Assembly (NCBI GenBank): GCA_963754655.1
Contig: CAVWGN010000001.1
Coordinates: forward strand, 992,001-1,056,000
DNA length: 64,000 nt
Source of the DNA: an uncultured Chlamydiae bacterium
Lineage (GTDB): Bacteria > Chlamydiota > Chlamydiia > Chlamydiales > Parachlamydiaceae
Direction of reading: 5' to 3'
This document shows, piece by piece, positions 31,175-40,317 of this stretch (its first letter is position 1; every line of letters starts with the position of its first letter). A model generated the notes under the pieces. The model worked only from the letters and a program-made list of their open reading frames with translations. It was not told where the DNA came from and did no database searches. The translations under genes were made by a program, and so were the position numbers.

Positions 31175-32578
31175 CTATCCTTCGACTTTTCCTAAGGCAA
31201 CCACAGAAACGTCAGTGATGTCCTCTGCATGATCTTTTGTTTTTTGAAGATCCAATGGAATGGCATTAGGATTCTTATAAACATAAAGGACCAGAGCAAT
31301 CATATGAGGAATGGCGATGCATGCAAGAACAATATCAATGAGCGACCAAACCAATTTGACTTCTGCAATAGCCCCAAGAAAAATCATGCAAGCTGTTAAA
31401 GCCAAGTAATAAGAAGTTTTCTTATTGTGAGTTAAATAATGAAAACATTGGCTGCCATTGTAACTATTGCCTAAGATAGTACCAAATGCAAAGAGAAAAG
31501 TGCTGATGACTACAATGATAATTCCAAAAGAAGAAAAATAAACCTGGAAAGATGATGCGACCATGCTGATTCCCAATGGAAGATTTGGATCCAACCATGT
31601 TTCAGTAATTAAAGCGACAATTCCGGATAAAAAGGCAATACAGCCAGCTGTATAGGTAGAAAGCATGGCTAAAGTCCCTTGTGCAATAGGATCTTCCGTT
31701 TGTGCCATCGAGTGCGGAATTGTTTGCGTCCCTACTCCCGCCTCACAGGTTTGAATGCCTTTAAAAATTCCCCAACGCAAGCTAGCAACTACGCCTCCCA
31801 CTAATGTTCCACTTGCTAAAGCATAAGGAGAAAATGCAGATGTAAAGATAAGAGAGAAAATGTGTCCAAGCTTATCTGCATTATATGAAATGATCCATAA
31901 ACATGATCCCAAGTAGAAAACAAACATCATGGGGACAAGCTTGGAAGATAGAGAACTAATACGCTTAATTCCACCAATTAAAGTCAAAATCACCAGAATA
32001 GCAATTAAGATACCCGAAATGGCAGTCGGAATGCGATAAGATTCCAATAAAGGAGAATTGAGAATGGCGGCCAGCTGATTGGCTTGAGCACTTGACCAAG
32101 CGGCCATAAGGATAAAACAACCCATGGCATACCACTTAGCGAAAGCAGGGGAGAGGAGATGTGTTAGATATTGCATGGGTCCTCCCATGATGATACCATT
32201 CTCTAGTCTTTTACGATATTGAATGCAAAGATTAACCTCCGCATAAGTAGCGGCACTGCCAAAAAAAGCGGTTAAGAGAAATCCTAGTAAGGCACCTGGG
32301 CCTCCCAACGAAATGGCAATGATAGGAGCGACAATCGTTGAAATTCCCACTGTCGTAGACATGGCTGTAAAGAGAGCTTTGTGAGGGGGGATTGTGTGGC
32401 CACACTCTTTGTGATTCCGATTAAACAGAGACATTCCTAGCATTTTGAAAAGGGAAGGAATAAAACGTAGCTGGACAAAGCGCGTTCTAAAAGAAATAAA
32501 GATACTTCCCAATAAAATAAAGAGACAGACGCCAAATAAAATGTAATCCGCTATTGTGGTAATAGCACTTTCAAACAT
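31175..32578 (-). CDS. Alanine/glycine:cation symporter (AGCS/AlsT family)
   Basis: GGPGA, GGPMQY, QANQ, GGIKRI, EAGVG, FAFGTILG. Confidence 0.9.
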   Translation of the reverse strand: MFESAITTIADYILFGVCLFILLGSIFISFRTRFVQLRFIPSLFKMLGMSLFNRNHKECGHTIPPHKALFTAMSTTVGISTIVAPIIAISLGGPGALLGFLLTAFFGSAATYAEVNLCIQYRKRLENGIIMGGPMQYLTHLLSPAFAKWYAMGCFILMAAWSSAQANQLAAILNSPLLESYRIPTAISGILIAILVILTLIGGIKRISSLSSKLVPMMFVFYLGSCLWIISYNADKLGHIFSLIFTSAFSPYALASGTLVGGVVASLRWGIFKGIQTCEAGVGTQTIPHSMAQTEDPIAQGTLAMLSTYTAGCIAFLSGIVALITETWLDPNLPLGISMVASSFQVYFSSFGIIIVVISTFLFAFGTILGNSYNGSQCFHYLTHNKKTSYYLALTACMIFLGAIAEVKLVWSLIDIVLACIAIPHMIALVLYVYKNPNAIPLDLQKTKDHAEDITDVSVVALGKVEG

Positions 32579-32803
32579 AACTTCCTCTTCATTCTTACGA
32601 ACTGTTATTAATTAAAATATATTTTTTAAATTTATCATCTGTTTCGCTTGCTTGCAAAAGGGCGAGTTTAAAATAGGTTCGTTTTGGCTTCTAGGCTTAA
32701 TTTGCAATGATGAAGATGTCAAATTGTCTGACTCATCTCATTCATTCTAAATGATTAAATTCTAGGGTTGATTGCCAATAAAATAAAAAACTATACAGGG
32801 AAA

Positions 32804-32923
32804 TTAATTATTCTGAGAAGCGCAATTAACATTGCGTTGCTGGAAGGAGAGGCGTTGGGAAATGACAGAAACAACATTCTTGTTCGTAAATGAGCTGCGT
32901 GACCTTAGGAGTGATAGATACAT
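32804..32923 (-). CDS. Candidate 39-aa leader peptide upstream of the AGCS transporter
   Basis: SD AAGAAGG then MYLSLLRSRSSFTNKNVVSVISQRLSFQQRNVNCASQNN-stop, translated by hand. Confidence 0.45.
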   Translation of the reverse strand: MYLSLLRSRSSFTNKNVVSVISQRLSFQQRNVNCASQNN

Positions 32924-33087
32924 ATAAACCTTCTTAATTAATTTCTATCCTTATCATAAATACAGATTGCGTGAACTCTTTTTAGAGTGAGTCATTGCAA
33001 TAACCTTTATAAAATTATAAAGAAATGAAAATTTTTTTTCCACTATTTTTTTAAAATTTTAGAATAGAAAAGAGATTTTATCAAAAA

Positions 33088-33107
33088 AGGCTCTTTTTGC
33101 AGAGCCT
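33088..33107 (-). terminator. Probable intrinsic terminator of the AN1 gene
   Basis: AGGCTC...GAGCCT hairpin followed by a T run on the minus strand. Confidence 0.55.
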
Positions 33108-33132
33108 AATAAAGATGAATCAATCTTGTTAA

Positions 33133-33531
33133 TTAAAATGCGTGATTGGAATTGTGTCCTTCAGATCCTTTATCCTGTTTTTGCCCATTTTGATTTCTCG
33201 CCAGTTCTTTTGCTACACGCTCTCTCGCTTGAGCTTGATAATCGAAGGAATACTTGTGGTCTCTAAAAAATCGATGCGTTTGACAAAAGGTCTTGTTACA
33301 AGCACATTTGGCAAACATAGCTTGAATTTCAGGCAAGCGCTTGGGACATAGCGGATATTCGCATTTCACCTTTGTGCTTATTTTTTTTGGCGGGCTTTGC
33401 ACATTTAGGATGCCACTTTGTGTCAACGCAGTGTTTGTATTTGCTTCTGCTTGTAATTGAGTAGAACCTTGATCTTGATTTTGACTGCGCATTTCGACGG
33501 GAGAAAAAAGCAAAGTTGAATTCAATTGCAT
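33133..33531 (-). CDS. AN1-type zinc finger protein, eukaryote-like
   Basis: C-x4-C...KCAC.KTFC.THR...H..SFDY..ARERVAK. Confidence 0.8.
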   Translation of the reverse strand: MQLNSTLLFSPVEMRSQNQDQGSTQLQAEANTNTALTQSGILNVQSPPKKISTKVKCEYPLCPKRLPEIQAMFAKCACNKTFCQTHRFFRDHKYSFDYQAQARERVAKELARNQNGQKQDKGSEGHNSNHAF

Positions 33532-33750
33532 GTTATTTCCTCTGATGTTTATCTATAAAAGTAAAGGTGTTTGAAAATTCGAATGAATCATAGTTAATAG
33601 CCTGAATTAATTTCAAATAGATTCATTATTAACTCACCACGCAAGTGAGGTCGAAGAGTCGGTGAGATCCTCTAAATAACCCAATCGCTTTTATTTGTTT
33701 TATAGTAGGTAGGATTGCTTCATATTTATCATCTAAGGATGATAAGAAAT

Positions 33751-34530
33751 TCAATCTAAAGCTTCAAGCTCTTCAAATACTGCTAAAGCATACTTCTGGC
33801 GATCTTTGCTCATGTAAGGCATTGCTCGGCGCAAATATCCTTCTCGCTGCCATTCCCATCGCTCAGTGTCAATAAAAGCAATTTTGTTCTGATAGGTAAA
33901 TGGCATATTATGCAACATAGAGTCTAAACCTCTAAAATAATACACAACATAGCAAAGCTCCCTCAAAATTTCGAAATCAATAGTGTAATATCTTCTCGCT
34001 ACTTCTCCATCCGGATCTTTGCCTCCTTTACAAATGTCGATTTCTTCTACAATGAGAATGTAAGTTATTTTACCTGTGTTTGAATTTGAGAATCGCTTTG
34101 GCAGAGGATATAACCATTTCTGAGGAACAACAATGTGCTGTAAATGATTGGTTTGAATAAACCGGCTTAAAGCTCTAGCTCCATTAATTCGTCTCAAATA
34201 ATTTCGCAATTGAGAATCTTGTGGAACTTTATCTTGAAATTTTTTAATTAAGCAATTTTTAAGGGCTGGATGCCTTGCAACCATGAGGCCGCGATGGACT
34301 CGATTAATCACCTGAAATCCTGAATCGCTTAACTGAGCGGGTGAGCTGAACATATGAGAATGATCAAAAAGATCTTTTAACTGGTCTTGTAAAGGATGAT
34401 CTGCAGGTAGCAAACATTCTTTTAATTTAAGCTTGGGAACAGAGACTGGAATCACCTCGCTAAATACCGCCGTATAATTTACGAGAAAAAGAAAAAGGAA
34501 GGAAAAATATAATTGCTTTGCTAGGTGCAT
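33751..34530 (-). CDS. Atypical protein-kinase-like fold protein with signal peptide, paralogue 1
   Basis: LIKKF, VVPQKW, LIVEEI, D-x4-N (DSMLHN), IAFIDTE. Confidence 0.6.
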   Translation of the reverse strand: MHLAKQLYFSFLFLFLVNYTAVFSEVIPVSVPKLKLKECLLPADHPLQDQLKDLFDHSHMFSSPAQLSDSGFQVINRVHRGLMVARHPALKNCLIKKFQDKVPQDSQLRNYLRRINGARALSRFIQTNHLQHIVVPQKWLYPLPKRFSNSNTGKITYILIVEEIDICKGGKDPDGEVARRYYTIDFEILRELCYVVYYFRGLDSMLHNMPFTYQNKIAFIDTERWEWQREGYLRRAMPYMSKDRQKYALAVFEELEALD

Positions 34531-34600
34531 TAAAGTCGCCCCTATTTAAAATTTAGAAGATAAACTCTCGCACATTGCTTAGAGATCCTGATCAAACTAA

Positions 34601-35471
34601 TACTCGTTTACATTAGTTTTACGTATTTAGACTACTTCAAAGCCCGGGTTGGGATGAGATGATTCTCTTGTAGTCCTTCAGACTACATGACGAAGGCTAA
34701 TCTAACTCAGGACTAGGGTGTTCATTTTGTGCAAAAAATGAGCTTTATTTTTCACAATAATTGGCATAGTTGAATTGAAGGTCGCATGTTTATGCCGTCC
34801 TTTCAGGACTCGATGTCTTTTTGATAGAACCCAGGCCTCCGCTTCGCTGCGACCTGGGCTGTAACATGACGGCCCTTCAGGCCTTAACAAAAGCCTATTT
34901 AGGGACTATAGAAGAGGGACTTAAACATCTCTTGTTAAGGCCTGAAGGGCCGTCATGTTACAGCCCAGGTCGCAGCGAAGCGGAGGCCTGGGTTCTATCA
35001 AAAAGACATCGAGTCCTGAAAGGACAGCATAAACATGCGACCTTCAATTCAACTTTTGTTAAGGCCTGAAGGGCCGTCATGTTACAGCCCAGGTCGCAGC
35101 GAAGCGGAGGCCTGGGTTCTATCAAAAAGACATCGAGTCCTGAAAGGACGGCATAAACATGCGACCTTCAATTCAACTTTTGTTAAGGCCTGAAGGGCCG
35201 TCATGTTACAGCCCAGGTCGCAGCGAAGCGGAGGCCTGGGTTCTATCAAAAAGACATCGAGTCCTGAAAGGACGGCATAAACATGCGACCTTCAATTCAA
35301 CTATGCCAATTATTGTGAAAAATAAAGCTCATTTTTTGCACAAAATGAACACCCTAGTCCTGGGTTAGATTACCCCTCTTTATGTAGTCTGAAGGACTAC
35401 AAGAGAATCATCTCATCCCAACCCCGGGCTTTGAAGCAATCCCAATAGGCTAAAACTCATGTAATGGAGTA
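34601..35471. mobile_element. Family A arms enclosing C (34717-35353) and D
   Basis: CTAA-TACTC...GAGTA-CTAG; CTAG on both sides of C. Confidence 0.85.
34932..35302 (+). repeat. Three tandem copies of a 124-bp unit (right arm of D)
   Basis: Units start at 34932, 35056 and 35180; nearly identical, no spacers. Confidence 0.92.
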
Positions 35472-35579
35472 CTAGATTAAGCAAAGCCTAAGATATTATA
35501 TGAATGAAAAATTCTTGATAAGCAAAATGGTTAACTTATAAGTTTAGCTTAGCGTAAAAACTCATGAAAATAAAAGAGA

Positions 35580-36401
35580 ATGAAAATGACTATACTTTTA
35601 CATATTCGCACCAAGCGTTTAATTTTTTCCTTTCTTACGTTTTGGGTAATTTCTTATGGGCATTTGCCTGCTCATGAGGAATTTATTAAAGCTCAAGGAA
35701 AAACACATCCAATCAATCCACAATCTTTACATTCTTATTTACTTCCCCAAGATCATCCTTTACAGAGTGAACTTAGAGCGCTCTTTTATGATCGTCTCAT
35801 GTTTAAATCAGCCCAACATTTTAAAAAAGCAGGATTTAAGGTTAAACTTGGCCATCGCCATCTTATGGTTGGTTCACATCCAACTATTCCTTATTACCTC
35901 ATCAAGAAATTTTCTGATCAACGTTCGCAACCCGTGCAATTAGAGAATTATATTCAACGCATTGAAGGAGCTAGGGTGCTAAGGGAATTTATTAAGGAAC
36001 ATCATTTTCAACATCTGGTTGTTCCTGAAAAATGGCTTTACAAACTTCCAACTTTTTTTCCCAAGCAATCTTATGTTTTAGTTGTGGAAAAAATGAATAT
36101 TTATGATTGGAATGATCCTAGCGGAGAGGCAAAAAGACTCTATTACAATATGGATATAGAAGTCTTAACCGAACTGTGCACAATTTTACATGATGTAGGA
36201 GGATGCGATGCGTTCCCGCGTAATCAACCTTTTACTCATGCGGGAAAAATTGCTTTTGTCGATACAGAGCATGTAGGCAAATACAAAGGACATTTTCACA
36301 AGCATATTATTCCAGCCCTTAATAAAGAGCTGCAGGCTTATGCCATTGCGTTATGGGAGAAACTCGAAGAGGAAGAAAGGGCGAGAAAATCATTTCATTA
36401 G
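35580..36401 (+). CDS. Atypical protein-kinase-like fold protein with signal peptide, paralogue 2
   Basis: LIKKF, VVPEKW, LVVEKM, DAFPRN, IAFVDTE; aligns by eye to 33751-34530. Confidence 0.6.
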   Translation: MKMTILLHIRTKRLIFSFLTFWVISYGHLPAHEEFIKAQGKTHPINPQSLHSYLLPQDHPLQSELRALFYDRLMFKSAQHFKKAGFKVKLGHRHLMVGSHPTIPYYLIKKFSDQRSQPVQLENYIQRIEGARVLREFIKEHHFQHLVVPEKWLYKLPTFFPKQSYVLVVEKMNIYDWNDPSGEAKRLYYNMDIEVLTELCTILHDVGGCDAFPRNQPFTHAGKIAFVDTEHVGKYKGHFHKHIIPALNKELQAYAIALWEKLEEEERARKSFH

Positions 36402-36431
36402 GAGACCTTTCAAAAAACCATTAAGCCCTAT

Positions 36432-36485
36432 CTGAAAAATATTTAGCGACTTAAACCATGGGCTAACATCGCTAAATATTTTCAG
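36432..36485. terminator. Inverted repeat between convergent genes
   Basis: CTGAAAAATATTTAGCGA...TCGCTAAATATTTTCAG. Confidence 0.5.
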
Positions 36486-36548
36486 TCTCTAATGCAAAAA
36501 ACCAGTATCTTAGACAATCAGCAGAGAAAAAGCACTTGTCTCTTAATG

Positions 36549-37454
36549 CTATAAGGGATGAATAGGAAAACGCTTCTGTCTCAAATAAGTATGAAAGGAG
36601 ACAAAATGATAGCCTTTGCTCTTGAATTTATTGATGTGCTCTAAATCCGGGCTATTAGTCCATTTTAGTTCATGCAAGGCAACTTGACTTGTATGATTAA
36701 GCGCAAAATTATAATAGATTTCATATTCGGAAGCCCCTTTGTTAGCCTTAAGATCCACGCATAAACAAAAAGCTACCCAGAATTCAGTTTGATGATGTTG
36801 TTCCACTGTAGAAAACAAGTGTTCTAAGATTGGTTTTTGAAAGAGCATATGATGACAGACACTATACACTTTAGGATAGATTCTCTTATAGTCGGGCACT
36901 AATCTTTTTGCATGCGCAAAGTAATGCCTTTTGGGTTCGGTCTGATCACGGCTAATACAAAAGAGTCCCCCATTAGACTGATTTAAAAACTTAACAGGAT
37001 TCATAAAAATTGTATCTGAATCTAGGATTAATACATTAGAAGAAATATTAGGAATGAGAAAAGGGGAATACAATTTCAGAAGTTGCTGAAAGTACCATCC
37101 GGGCGACCGATGGTTGTTTCGAAAAAAACTTTCTCGCTTTGTTTTATCTCCTCTTACAATAGTCGCTGCAATATCTTCTTTACTAAAAGGAAATTTGTTT
37201 TCATCAAACCATTCTGCTTTATCTGTAAGCTTTTGGGAAGAAACAACAATGACACGTCTTATATGACTGCAGTTTTCTCGAATTCCATCAATGCAAAGAT
37301 CGAGCGTTGCGGTGTCTTTAGGATGAGTCACAATTACAACATCAATTAGATCGTCTACAAGATCATAATGCATTTTATTTAATTTACTATTCTCACCATG
37401 TAGACATAAATTCAGACATAAAAAGCATAAAAATAGAAACAAACGAAAAATCAT
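36549..37454 (-). CDS. GT-A fold glycosyltransferase-like protein (DUF6492-like) with signal peptide
   Basis: IDVVIV, GWYFQQLLKL, LILDSD (DxD), HHMLF, SEYEIY. Confidence 0.75.
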   Translation of the reverse strand: MIFRLFLFLCFLCLNLCLHGENSKLNKMHYDLVDDLIDVVIVTHPKDTATLDLCIDGIRENCSHIRRVIVVSSQKLTDKAEWFDENKFPFSKEDIAATIVRGDKTKRESFFRNNHRSPGWYFQQLLKLYSPFLIPNISSNVLILDSDTIFMNPVKFLNQSNGGLFCISRDQTEPKRHYFAHAKRLVPDYKRIYPKVYSVCHHMLFQKPILEHLFSTVEQHHQTEFWVAFCLCVDLKANKGASEYEIYYNFALNHTSQVALHELKWTNSPDLEHINKFKSKGYHFVSFHTYLRQKRFPIHPL

Positions 37455-37560
37455 GATTTTCTCTTTTGAGTGAAGGATATAGGGTTAAAAATCTATCTTC
37501 TTTAATTAAATAACAAACCAACTGCTTAGAATTTAAGATCATGCCTGGCTATATTCTAGG

Positions 37561-37685
37561 TCACTTTCCTTTCATATAGGTGTGAAAGGTAACAAAATGA
37601 TAGCTTGTCTTTGGAAGAGACTTGCTTATTGATCTAGGCATACACTTATAGATATAATAAATTTCGTATTCTAAAGCTTCTTTTT
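37561..37685 (-). pseudogene. Decayed 3' fragment of a paralogue of the adjacent glycosyltransferase
   Basis: Minus strand reads ALEYEIYY and YHFVTFHTYMKGK, matching ASEYEIYY and YHFVSFHTYLRQK. Confidence 0.7.
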
Positions 37686-37876
37686 TTTTGAGATGATATT
37701 TAAAATGGTTATTTTAAAATTTATCTTATATCTGTCTCTCAAGCGAAAAGCTAATTATTTAGTAATTGTAATATTTTAAAAAATTCCGCAAACTACGGCT
37801 TTATACGGAGTGAAGGCAAAAATTGAATGAGAATTGTTGATGGATGTCAAGATTCTCATGAGCAAAGGAATTAGGC

Positions 37877-38518
37877 ATGTTTTTTCAAGATCGAAGAGAG
37901 GCTGGACGTTTGCTTGCTGCGAAGCTCAACCAATATAAAGGCAATAAAGACGTTTCGATTGTGGGCTTGGCTCGTGGGGGTGTTGTCATTGCTTGTGAAG
38001 TAGCAAAAGAATTAGCCCTTCCCCTCAATGTTGTGACTCCTCGAAAAATTGGAGCTCCCGACAATCCTGAGCTTGCTCTAGGATCTATTATGGAAAATGG
38101 AGAGGGTGTTTTTAATCAATCCATTATTCGTCTTTTAGGTGTGTCTCCAAAGGATATTGCAAAGGAAGTTGAAAAGGAAAAAGAGCGAGCTCAGCAACGT
38201 TTTGCTTTGTATCGTCAATATGCTCCTTCGCTAGATATCAAAAATCACACCGTGATTTTGGTTGATGATGGGATAGCAACAGGATCTACCATGCTTACAG
38301 TAGTGAAAGCAATGTATTCAAGAGGGGCGCAGCGCATTGTAGTAGCTGCACCTGTATCCTCTTCGGAAGCTTATCAATTGCTAGAAGAAGCGGCTGATGA
38401 AGTTGTTTGCTTGCATGTCAGAGAAGATTTTATTAGTGTAGGGATGTACTATCGCCATTTTGATCAAACAGAAGATGAAGAGGTTATTCAATTACTTAAA
38501 GAGGCAAATCAATCATGA
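37877..38518 (+). CDS. Phosphoribosyltransferase family protein
   Basis: FQDRREAG, LARGG, ILVDDGIATGST. Confidence 0.92.
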   Translation: MFFQDRREAGRLLAAKLNQYKGNKDVSIVGLARGGVVIACEVAKELALPLNVVTPRKIGAPDNPELALGSIMENGEGVFNQSIIRLLGVSPKDIAKEVEKEKERAQQRFALYRQYAPSLDIKNHTVILVDDGIATGSTMLTVVKAMYSRGAQRIVVAAPVSSSEAYQLLEEAADEVVCLHVREDFISVGMYYRHFDQTEDEEVIQLLKEANQS

Positions 38519-39180
38519 AAGTGCAATCAGTGGAACAAGTTGTGCACATCCCCATTGGTAAGATCGAACTTGAGGGTGAATTAATGATTCCAGTAGATGC
38601 CAAAGGAATTGTGTTATTTGTGCATGGCAGCGGAAGCAGTCGCTTTAGTCCACGCAATCAATTTGTTGCGCGATTTTTGCGAGGAAAACAGTTAGGGACG
38701 CTTCTGATCGATCTCTTGACAGAGGAAGAAGAGAAAATTGATCGATTGACAAGGGAAATTCGATTTGACATTGAATTACTTACCAATCGCTTGTTAGGGA
38801 TAACACAATGGTTGAGGCAAGACTCTAGGACCAAATCTTTTTATATTGGTTATTTTGGATCCAGCACAGGAGCGGCGGCGGCATTAATTGCTGCAGCAAA
38901 ATTAGGAAAGACTGTTTCAGCAGTCGTGTCTAGGGGAGGGCGCCCTGATTTAGCCGACCCATTTTTAGCGCAAGTGCAAGTTCCTACTTTATTCATTGTT
39001 GGCGGGGCTGATACAGGGGTCATTGAACTTAATCAAGAAGCCTATACGATGCTAAATGGAATTAAAAAATTGGAAATTGTTCCTCTTGCCACTCATTTAT
39101 TTGAAGAGCCTGGTGCTTTAGAACAAGTGGCTAACTTAGCGAGTCAATGGTTTACAAAATATTTAGCAAATCATTTATGA
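38515..39180 (+). CDS. Dienelactone hydrolase-like alpha/beta hydrolase
   Basis: HGSGSSRFSPRN, GYFGSSTG, HLFEEPG; ATGA overlap with upstream gene. Confidence 0.88.
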   Translation: MKVQSVEQVVHIPIGKIELEGELMIPVDAKGIVLFVHGSGSSRFSPRNQFVARFLRGKQLGTLLIDLLTEEEEKIDRLTREIRFDIELLTNRLLGITQWLRQDSRTKSFYIGYFGSSTGAAAALIAAAKLGKTVSAVVSRGGRPDLADPFLAQVQVPTLFIVGGADTGVIELNQEAYTMLNGIKKLEIVPLATHLFEEPGALEQVANLASQWFTKYLANHL

Positions 39181-40091
39181 CAGCAACGCCTCTCTTATTT
39201 AGTGGATCTTCCCATCCTCATTTAGCTCATGAAATCATTACCTGTCTGGGAACTTCCCTTGGAAAGCGAAATTTGCGATTGTTTCCTGATCGCGAGATTG
39301 TGGTCGAAATCCTAGAGTCCGTTCAAGGGCGCGATATTTGTGTGCTTCAATCACTTGGTGAAAAGCCCAATCTCTACCTCATGGAGTTATTTCTGATTTT
39401 AGATGCTTTAAAAAGAGCATCTGCGGCTTCTATTACGGTGATCCTCCCTTACTTTGCCTATGCTCGACAAGATCGATTAGACAAGCCTGGTGTGCCGATA
39501 TCTGCTAAACTAGTTGCCAATCTTTTGACACAAGCTGGGGCAGATCATTTGATTACGATGGATCTTCACTCTGAACAAATTGAAGGATTTTTTGATATTC
39601 CTGTGCATCATTTGTTAAGCCGCACTCTTTTGATCCCTTATTGTGCATCGCTAGAATTGGAGGATGTGGTAATCGTGGCTCCTGATAAAGGAGGAATTAA
39701 AATTGCAAGTGCTTATGCCAGAGAATTAGAGGCTCCTATTGCTTTAATTGATAAAGAACGCATTGATTCTTTTCAGGTGGAAATGCGCTTATTTATTGGG
39801 AATGTCAACAGAAAAACTGTTTTGCTGCCTGATGATATGTGTTCAACAGCAGGAACATTGGTCAATGCTGCTCATGTATGTGCTGAACAAGGGGCTAAGC
39901 GCATCATTGCCGTGGTTGGACATGGATTATTTATTGATAATGCTTTAGAGAAAATTGAGAAGAGTTCCATTGAAATGGTGGTGACTACAAATAGTATTTC
40001 CATTCCTGATCATATACGCACACATCCAAAAATTCGTGTCGTTTCCATTGCTCCTTTATTGGCAAAAGCCATTCATTCCAAAGTGTTTTAG
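39177..40091 (+). CDS. prs: Ribose-phosphate pyrophosphokinase
   Basis: PYFAYARQD, MDLHS, APDKGG, DDMCSTAGT; start at the ATGA overlap. Confidence 0.92.
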   Translation: MTATPLLFSGSSHPHLAHEIITCLGTSLGKRNLRLFPDREIVVEILESVQGRDICVLQSLGEKPNLYLMELFLILDALKRASAASITVILPYFAYARQDRLDKPGVPISAKLVANLLTQAGADHLITMDLHSEQIEGFFDIPVHHLLSRTLLIPYCASLELEDVVIVAPDKGGIKIASAYARELEAPIALIDKERIDSFQVEMRLFIGNVNRKTVLLPDDMCSTAGTLVNAAHVCAEQGAKRIIAVVGHGLFIDNALEKIEKSSIEMVVTTNSISIPDHIRTHPKIRVVSIAPLLAKAIHSKVF

Positions 40092-40225
40092 TTTCCGCGT
40101 CTAAAGACCTGATAAAACTAAATATCACCTTTTACAAGCAATCTAAATGTTTTATCTCCTTCATTAAGCCGTCTAACTAGAAACCGGCACTTTCTCATTT
40201 ATTTTAGCACTGTATTATTAGTTTG

Positions 40226-40254
40226 TTGATTTGTAATATTCAATATTATATCAT
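40226..40254 (+). promoter_or_regulatory. Sigma70/66-type promoter candidate conserved before array genes
   Basis: TTGATT-N17-TATCAT; equivalents at 43151, 48364 and 53512; -35 altered before gene 3; AT-rich context limits certainty. Confidence 0.5.
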
Positions 40255-40317
40255 GAAAAAATAATATTAATTTTATTTGTTTAACATAAAAATTAAAAAC
40301 TTTATTAAGGAATAGTT

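Noticed and set aside
34932..35302. CRISPR array
   Set aside because: 124-bp units are contiguous and near-identical with no unique spacers; no cas genes in the window
34702..35368. Repeated small ORFs MLRPEGPSCYSPGRSEAEAW (also 50540-50836, 59217-59423)
   Set aside because: They are translations of palindrome D arms on both strands, without SD and with variable ends
39147..39176. Earlier prs start
   Set aside because: The ATGA overlap at 39177 gives a normal-length protein
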